DNA of 64,000 bases, from NCBI GenBank assembly GCA_041674805.1, contig JBAYVA010000002.1, forward strand, positions 184,294-248,293, written 5' to 3'. Positions 57,665 to 64,000 of this stretch are shown here, piece by piece. Source of the DNA: Candidatus Magasanikiibacteriota bacterium (lineage in GTDB: Bacteria; Patescibacteriota; Patescibacteriia; Magasanikbacterales; UBA922). The position numbers were made by a program, and so were the translations under genes. Position 1 is the first letter of the stretch. Each line of letters begins with the position of its first letter. The notes beneath the pieces were generated by a model that saw nothing but the letters and a program-made list of their open reading frames with translations, was not told the DNA's origin and ran no database searches.

Positions 57665-58897
57665 ATGAAAGTAGCAATAATAGGTGGAGGAGCGGCTGGC
57701 ATGATGTGTGCGGCGACAATTGTAGAAGAACATCCAGAGGTGGAAGTGTTTTTGATTGAAAAAAATAATTCTTTGGGTAAAAAAGTGATTATCTCTGGGG
57801 GTGGGCGTTGCAATGTGACGACTGGAATTGATGATTTGAAATTGGTTTTGAGCAAATATCCTCGGGGTAATAAGTTTTTACAATCGGCTATGCATAGATT
57901 TCCACCAAGCAAAGTTTTTGAATGGTTTGAAAATCATGGAGTAGAACTCAAATGCGAAGATGATTTGCGGGTTTTTCCTGTTTCCAATGATGGTCATGAT
58001 ATTGTTGCTGTATTTGAAAAAATATTTAAAAATGCAAAAACAAATTTACTTTTCAAACACAATATGAAAAATATTGTGAAGAAAAAAAATAAATTTGTAA
58101 TATCTTTTGCTGAACAAGAAGATTTGGAAGTAGACAAAGTCGTCATGGCTCTGGGTGGACAGGCTTATCGTCAGACTGGCTCAACTGGAGATGGTTATGA
58201 TATTTTGGAAAAACTGGGTCACAAAATTACTGAGTTGTCACCAAGTCTAAACTCTTTTTTAACTCAAGAAAAATGGCCAAAAGAATTGTCAGGTCTTTCT
58301 TTTGTCAAAGCTGTGATAAAAGTCAAAGGTCATAAAAAATATCAATTCACAGGACCTTTTCTGTTTACACATACGGGTGTAAGTGGACCAGCTGTTTTCG
58401 CTTTGTCAGCGATGATTGCTTTTGAAAAATATGATAGACAAAACCCGTTAGAAATTTTGATAGATGTTTTGCCGGACAAAAATGTAGAAGAATTGTTTGT
58501 TGAATTGCAAAGATTGCGTGAAGAAAGTTTACAAAAAACATTCAAAAATACTTTGCACAATTTTTTGGTAAAATCTCTTAGTGAAAAAGTTTGTGAAAAT
58601 TTGAAGATTGATTTTGAAAAGAAAAATGTTGAGATGAGCAAAAAAGATTTGCGAGCAGTAGCCGAATATATCAAAGCTTTGCCTCTAAAAATTATTGGTC
58701 GTGGGGCAGGGGACGAATTTGTGACTGCTGGTGGAGTAGAGTTGTCAGAAGTCGATCCAAAGACTATGGAATCAAAAATTTGTTCTGGGCTCTATTTTGC
58801 GGGAGAAATTCTGGATATTGATGGTTTTACTGGTGGATTCAATCTCCAGGCTTCTTGGGCGACGGGGAGAGCGGCGGGACTGGCGGTTGTTGACTAG
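57665..58897 (+). CDS. HI0933/YhiN (BaiN-like) flavoprotein oxidoreductase
   Basis: IIGGGAAG, ISGGGRCNVT, GSTGDGY, FTHTGVSGP, TGGFNLQ. Confidence 0.93.
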   Translation: MKVAIIGGGAAGMMCAATIVEEHPEVEVFLIEKNNSLGKKVIISGGGRCNVTTGIDDLKLVLSKYPRGNKFLQSAMHRFPPSKVFEWFENHGVELKCEDDLRVFPVSNDGHDIVAVFEKIFKNAKTNLLFKHNMKNIVKKKNKFVISFAEQEDLEVDKVVMALGGQAYRQTGSTGDGYDILEKLGHKITELSPSLNSFLTQEKWPKELSGLSFVKAVIKVKGHKKYQFTGPFLFTHTGVSGPAVFALSAMIAFEKYDRQNPLEILIDVLPDKNVEELFVELQRLREESLQKTFKNTLHNFLVKSLSEKVCENLKIDFEKKNVEMSKKDLRAVAEYIKALPLKIIGRGAGDEFVTAGGVELSEVDPKTMESKICSGLYFAGEILDIDGFTGGFNLQASWATGRAAGLAVVD

Positions 58898-58940
58898 TTG
58901 TGGTAATATATTTTTGTAATTTTGTTATATTTATATATTT

Positions 58941-61535
58941 ATGGCTGATAAAAGAGAACCTTTTGGGGGAACATTATCATTAGAAATAGAATCAAAAGAA
59001 GAGGGTAATGCTGAACTTGATTTTTTATTGAGTAAAATAAGAGAAATAAAAAGTATTTTAGAGTTGTTTCCTTATATGGATATGACAATACTTTATGATT
59101 TAACTAGTAAAGAAGAAAAAAAAGAAACGGTTCAAGATTTATTGGATCTTTTGAAAAAAGTGGAAGATGAGATAAAAACAAAATTTGAGTCTGGGGAATT
59201 AGTTAGTCAAGATGATGTTGATAAGTATCTTAAATTATTAAATTTTTTGGAAGTAGATTTTTGGAGTTTGATGTCAGAAAAAATTTCTCAAAAAGCAGGG
59301 TTTTCTTACAAAGCAGTACTTGAATGGCCAGAAGAATATTTAGATCGTGATTTTCTTTCTCAAAAAACAAAAGTTTTTGATACATTTGTTAAATCAGTTT
59401 TGACTTCAGCAGAATATTCTTATGAAGCTGTGTTGAGTTGGCCAGAAGAATATTTGGACAAGACTTTGAAAGGAGAAAGTGAAACAGTTTTTGCTAGATT
59501 GGTAAGGGAAGTCTTGACTTCTATAGAATATTCTTATGAAGCTGTATTGAGTTGGCCAAAAGAATATTTGGATAAAACTTTGGATGGTGATAATGAGACC
59601 ATTTTTGCTAGATTAGTAAAAGAAGTTAGGATATTAGCGGAATATTCTTATAAAGCACTAATGAATTGGAAGGAGGAATATTTACTTAGAACTTTGGAAG
59701 GTTGTAATGGCAATGTCGTGTCTATCTTGACTGCGGCGGTTTCTGATCCTGAGATTGAATCTTCTTCACTTTATTCAAGTCAAATGATTTTGGGATGGTC
59801 AGACATCTACAAAAAAAGTCCTTATAATTATACACCTGAAGACTATGCTAGATTTTTTAATCAAGTTTTAACAAATCCAAAATTAGTCGTTGATATTTTT
59901 GAAGAAAATTTTTCTTATTTTTCTGTGTCCGAGTTAGAATCATTGTTGAAAAGTGTTGTTTCTTCGCAGAAAGCTATTTATTATGCGTTAACAACTTGGG
60001 ATAGTAGTACACTTGATAAAAAAATAGGAAAAGATGGTAAAGATATTTTTTTTGTTTTAGCTTCAAATCTGGATTTTAATCATGTTGACAATTTAAATCT
60101 TAATAGTTTGTGTTTGTTATCAGAAGATAAATATTTAGATAGAGTTTTGGATGGAAAAAATACTTTTTTTACAAAATCAATATTGGCAATTCGTGATAGT
60201 ACAAATTTGTTTATTTATCTTCCAGCTTATTTTAGCAAAGATTATTTGTCTAGAAGTATGCCAGATACAGACAAAACTATCTTTGATCTGGTGGTGGAAA
60301 AAGCCCTAAAAATACCTTATTTTGCCTATGTGGCTGCTTTGAATTGGCAAAAAGAATTTTTGGATATAGTACAAGAAGGTGAAAATGAAAGTATACTTTC
60401 TAGACTTTTGGATGTTGTCAAAAAAGATAGCGAGTATTCTCAATTATTGTTAGTTACTTATAGCGAAGACAGTTCTACTCTAGATAGTCATTTTGTTGAT
60501 TTAGTTGAAAAAGTATTAGAATCTCCAGAATTTTCATATGAGGCTTTGTTGACTTGGCCAGAAGATCATTTGAATAAAATTATTTCTGGAAGTGCTGAAA
60601 CTGTTTTTTCAAGACTTTATGAAAAAGCATTACTTTTTGTGGAAGAGAAAAAAGAAAATAAATATAAATTATTTTTATTTTTGACAAAAAAACAGAGTGA
60701 ATCTAGTAGTATAAAAGATATTACACAATTTTTAGCTAGTTTGAGAGAAAGTTTAATAAAAGATGAGAGTTTTTATTTTTGGATTATTGGTAAATTGTAT
60801 CAGAAAGATAAAGATGTGTTAAAATTATTGGAGGATTTAGAAATTTTTGAAAAACTTATTGAATCTGTTTCTAATGATCCTAAAGATAGTGGTATTTTGT
60901 TAACTTCTTTGCCAGATTATTTATTGGATAAAACAGTTGGGGATAAAGAAGACAATACTTTTTCAAAATTGGTGAGAAAAAGTTTTGATGCTGAAAATTA
61001 TACTATTGTTCATACTTTATTAAATTTGGATTATTCATATTTAAATAGATGTTTACCTGGTGATGCTGAAAAAATATTTTATAAATATATAAGGTTAGTA
61101 ATTAATGATCCAAATTCTGCTCATTCACTTTTGTTGTTTTTGTCTGATAATTTACTTTTTGATACTTTGCCAGGTGATGATATGAGCATTTTTTTTAGAT
61201 TGGTTGAAACTGTTTCAACAAGTCCAAAATCTTCACTAGATTCTATTAAAGAAATATCTGAAGCAAAATTATATAGAAAATTTCCAGGTACAGGCAAAAG
61301 AGTTATTGAAATGTTTGTTGATTCTGTTTTGCAAGATCATCGATGGGTAAGTGATTTGATTCTTCATTGTGAAATACTTTTTTTAGAGTATATCATTCCA
61401 GATGATAACAAAAGTGTTTTAAAAAAGTTAGTTTCGGTTTTATCTGATGATGAGATCGTTAGATTGAAAAACCTTTTTTTAAGTAATAATCGAAAATTAC
61501 GTAGGAAGGATTTATTTTTAGAAGCAATTAAATAA
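58941..61535 (+). CDS. Large acidic helical-repeat protein (~38-aa repeat)
   Basis: Repeats such as AEYSYEAVLSWPEEYLDKTLKGESETVFARLVREVLTS. Confidence 0.7.
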   Translation: MADKREPFGGTLSLEIESKEEGNAELDFLLSKIREIKSILELFPYMDMTILYDLTSKEEKKETVQDLLDLLKKVEDEIKTKFESGELVSQDDVDKYLKLLNFLEVDFWSLMSEKISQKAGFSYKAVLEWPEEYLDRDFLSQKTKVFDTFVKSVLTSAEYSYEAVLSWPEEYLDKTLKGESETVFARLVREVLTSIEYSYEAVLSWPKEYLDKTLDGDNETIFARLVKEVRILAEYSYKALMNWKEEYLLRTLEGCNGNVVSILTAAVSDPEIESSSLYSSQMILGWSDIYKKSPYNYTPEDYARFFNQVLTNPKLVVDIFEENFSYFSVSELESLLKSVVSSQKAIYYALTTWDSSTLDKKIGKDGKDIFFVLASNLDFNHVDNLNLNSLCLLSEDKYLDRVLDGKNTFFTKSILAIRDSTNLFIYLPAYFSKDYLSRSMPDTDKTIFDLVVEKALKIPYFAYVAALNWQKEFLDIVQEGENESILSRLLDVVKKDSEYSQLLLVTYSEDSSTLDSHFVDLVEKVLESPEFSYEALLTWPEDHLNKIISGSAETVFSRLYEKALLFVEEKKENKYKLFLFLTKKQSESSSIKDITQFLASLRESLIKDESFYFWIIGKLYQKDKDVLKLLEDLEIFEKLIESVSNDPKDSGILLTSLPDYLLDKTVGDKEDNTFSKLVRKSFDAENYTIVHTLLNLDYSYLNRCLPGDAEKIFYKYIRLVINDPNSAHSLLLFLSDNLLFDTLPGDDMSIFFRLVETVSTSPKSSLDSIKEISEAKLYRKFPGTGKRVIEMFVDSVLQDHRWVSDLILHCEILFLEYIIPDDNKSVLKKLVSVLSDDEIVRLKNLFLSNNRKLRRKDLFLEAIK

Positions 61536-61557
61536 TTAATAATTAATAATTAATTTT

Positions 61558-61818
61558 ATGCCAAAAGAAACATACAAAGTATCTGGTGACAAACTTGTCA
61601 CTAAAGTAAAACAAATTATCAAAGAAGGTAATGCTCGTAAGATTATTATCAAAAATGAAGAAGGAAAAAAACTAATTGAATTTCCAATCACTATTGGAGC
61701 TATTGGAGTTTTGGCAGCACCACTTATCGCAGCTGTCGGTGCTATGGCAGCTTTGCTTACTAATTGTGAGATTGAGGTAGAGAAGAAGAGTACTGTTAGT
61801 GACAAAAAGTCTAAGTAA
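61558..61818 (+). CDS. DUF4342 domain protein
   Basis: LVTKVKQIIKEGNARKIII...GAMAALLTNCEIEVE. Confidence 0.88.
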   Translation: MPKETYKVSGDKLVTKVKQIIKEGNARKIIIKNEEGKKLIEFPITIGAIGVLAAPLIAAVGAMAALLTNCEIEVEKKSTVSDKKSK

Positions 61819-61955
61819 AACAATCCGGATATACAGATAATACGGATTTACGGATTTGGCCTACGCAAAAAATTGTCTGTGGTAATTTGTGTAATATTTG
61901 TGTTATTTAATATAGTATAATCTAAAAAATTTTTAATACAGTAATAATATAATTT

Positions 61956-62276
61956 ATGGATTTAGTTATTGAAATAATAAAAGAAGGAGAAGGTCAAGAA
62001 GCTCAACATGGTGATACTGTTTCAGTACATTATGTTGGTACTTTTGAGGATGGTAATAAGTTTGATTCAAGTGTAGACAGAGGTCAGCCTTTTTCTTTTT
62101 TACTTGGTCGTGGTATGGTTATTGAAGGTTGGGATAAAGGTGTACAAGGTATGAAAGTAGGAGAGAAAAGAAAATTAACAATTCCTTATGAGCTTGGTTA
62201 TGGAGAAAATGGTTATGGTCCAATTCCACCCAAAGCAACTTTGATTTTCGAAGTAGAACTATTGGGAATTGAATAA
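61956..62276 (+). CDS. FKBP-type peptidyl-prolyl isomerase
   Basis: [32 protein letters not shown]. Confidence 0.95.
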   Translation: MDLVIEIIKEGEGQEAQHGDTVSVHYVGTFEDGNKFDSSVDRGQPFSFLLGRGMVIEGWDKGVQGMKVGEKRKLTIPYELGYGENGYGPIPPKATLIFEVELLGIE

Positions 62277-62319
62277 TTATCTGTTATAATATAAACATTA
62301 TTTATATAAGTTATACAAT

Positions 62320-62910
62320 ATGAAGAAAAGTAACTTGAGTTTGTTAGTAGTAGCTTTTAGTATGCTTTTTGTGGGAGCTGGTTGTTCTTACGAAGCATCA
62401 GTTGGTGAAGTAAAAGATTTACCTCTTCCTGTTAGCGAGGTAAAAGAAGTTACTGTAGCTGATAAAAGTGGTAATTTTAATATCAGTGGTAATATTGCCG
62501 AAGATTGGACAGAAAACAAAGAAGCTGACCCTCGTGTATTAACAATGTTTTTTTCTCCAGAAGCAGAAGGTGATGCTTTTCGTGAAAATATAAATATTAT
62601 GGGTTTTCTTTTTGCCGAAGGTGAAGCAGAAATGACAATTGATGAATATGTAGATAGTGCAATGGCTGGATCTGAACAAGCTCCTGGTTACAAACTTTTG
62701 TCTAGAAAATCTCTTACAGTAGATGGTTATCCTGCAATTACTGTTGCTTATCAAGCTGATAATGCTAAAGCAGGACGTTTACAATTTGAACAAACACTTT
62801 TCAAAACAGAAAAAGAAGGTTTTCTTGTAACTTTTACAGGAACTCCAGAAGGTGTTGTAAAATTTGAACAAGATTATCAAGATTTCTTGAAGAGTATTAG
62901 TGTAAAATAA
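62320..62910 (+). CDS. Putative lipoprotein (PsbP/DcrB-like fold)
   Basis: Lipobox-like GAGC; FRENINI, TVDGYPA, FLVTFT. Confidence 0.6.
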   Translation: MKKSNLSLLVVAFSMLFVGAGCSYEASVGEVKDLPLPVSEVKEVTVADKSGNFNISGNIAEDWTENKEADPRVLTMFFSPEAEGDAFRENINIMGFLFAEGEAEMTIDEYVDSAMAGSEQAPGYKLLSRKSLTVDGYPAITVAYQADNAKAGRLQFEQTLFKTEKEGFLVTFTGTPEGVVKFEQDYQDFLKSISVK

Positions 62911-62924
62911 TTTTTACAAAAAAA

Positions 62925-62957
62925 TAAAAACAGTCTCGTTAACGGGACTGTTTTTTG
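62925..62957. terminator. Bidirectional terminator
   Basis: AAAAACAGTCTCGT-TA-ACGGGACTGTTTTTT. Confidence 0.75.
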
Positions 62958-62964
62958 TTATATT

Positions 62965-63174
62965 TTATTTTTTCTTTTCTAGACTATCTGTAATAAGCAT
63001 TATGAGTAGACCTGCTAGGAAAATTGCTCCAAATGTATAAGAAGTTTTCCAAAGAGCATCTACAGCCACTGCTTTATCAAGCATATCCCAGATATACATG
63101 AGACCTATAGCAAGAGAAACTAGCAATAAAATTACAACCAAGATTCCTAAAAATTGTAATATTTTTTTGAACAT
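62965..63174 (-). CDS. Small two-TM membrane protein
   Basis: 69-aa ORF, two hydrophobic helices. Confidence 0.55.
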   Translation of the reverse strand: MFKKILQFLGILVVILLLVSLAIGLMYIWDMLDKAVAVDALWKTSYTFGAIFLAGLLIMLITDSLEKKK

Positions 63175-63377
63175 ATATTTTTAGTTTATTAATTATTGTT
63201 TAATTATAGCATTTTTTAATTTAAAATCAAGCTTGCTTTTAGCAATTTTTCTTCAAACTTGTTATAATACATTCTCATTTAATTTGCACTCGCCTTCGTT
63301 TAATGCGGATTAAGTAAGGCGAACTTTAAAGTTTGATTTCTTACAGATTTCATCTAGACTGAGAATAAATTGATTTT

Positions 63378-64000
63378 ATGATTAACAAAACACAAAAAAT
63401 TCTTTTCGTTGATTTTTATGGTATTTTATCTAATACCCGTTTTTGGTTTAGTTTGCAAAATCCTGAGCATAAACACCATAAATATTTGGAGAATATTCAA
63501 GATTTCTTATTTGTACAAAATAGACCACTGCTCGATGAATGGATGCGTGGTAAATATACTAGCGAAGATATTCATAGATTATTGGAAGAAAAATTTGGAG
63601 TAGAGTTTGATGAATTGTTTGATGTTTTTGTAAAAGATTGTGAACAAATTGAATTGTCACAAAACATTTTAGATAAGTTGCAAACTTTGCCAGATGAGTA
63701 TTTGCGTATTATGGTGACGGACAATATGGATTCTTTTGATAGATTCATTTTGCCAGCTAATAAGATTTTGCAAAGTAGTTTTCATGGAATCAATAATTCT
63801 TTTTACGTTAAGAAATTAAAATCTGACAAAAATGGTGAATGGTTTCTGGATATCGCAAATAAATATGATATTAGAATAGAAGATTGTATTTTGATAGATG
63901 ATTCATTGCAGAATTGTGAGACATTTCAAAAATTGGGTGGAAAGTATTATAATAGTCAGACAGAAGACGATGTCTTGTCAGCTTTAAATAATTTTATCAA
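63378..64000 (+). CDS. HAD-superfamily hydrolase-like protein, 3'-partial (not in ORF track)
   Basis: MINKTQKILFVDFYGILS..., MVTDN, ILIDDS; frame open to the window end. Confidence 0.7.
   Translation, partial: MINKTQKILFVDFYGILSNTRFWFSLQNPEHKHHKYLENIQDFLFVQNRPLLDEWMRGKYTSEDIHRLLEEKFGVEFDELFDVFVKDCEQIELSQNILDKLQTLPDEYLRIMVTDNMDSFDRFILPANKILQSSFHGINNSFYVKKLKSDKNGEWFLDIANKYDIRIEDCILIDDSLQNCETFQKLGGKYYNSQTEDDVLSALNNFI

Noticed and set aside
63409-63603. 64-aa ORF from the track
   Set aside because: Overlaps the longer HAD-like frame starting at 63378 in another frame.

Overview
AT-rich bacterial chromosome segment using genetic code 11 (TGA is a stop). Gene content and style suggest a Patescibacteria/CPR (Parcubacteria-like) genome; this is an inference. 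Housekeeping genes: gyrA, rpsA, recA, ftsK, rpoB-rpoC, yebC-ruvC, gap-pgk, trpS, csp/DEAD-box, zur-znuACB. These are interleaved with small accessory genes, a flippase/O-antigen-ligase/tRNA-Ser mosaic, a decayed integron and many short intergenic repeats. The most striking locus is 40720-41780. There a promoter drives an Asn-rich leader peptide (MTQLFNNNNLNNNISQ) with a complete 1:2/2:3/3:4 attenuator placed in front of a tRNA-Asn gene. That tRNA-Asn is itself nested, inside a 13-bp inverted repeat, within a second disrupted tRNA-Asn. A second Asn-rich leader peptide follows, in front of a LysE-type transporter. All calls were made by eye from the sequence and ORF track; no database searches were run.
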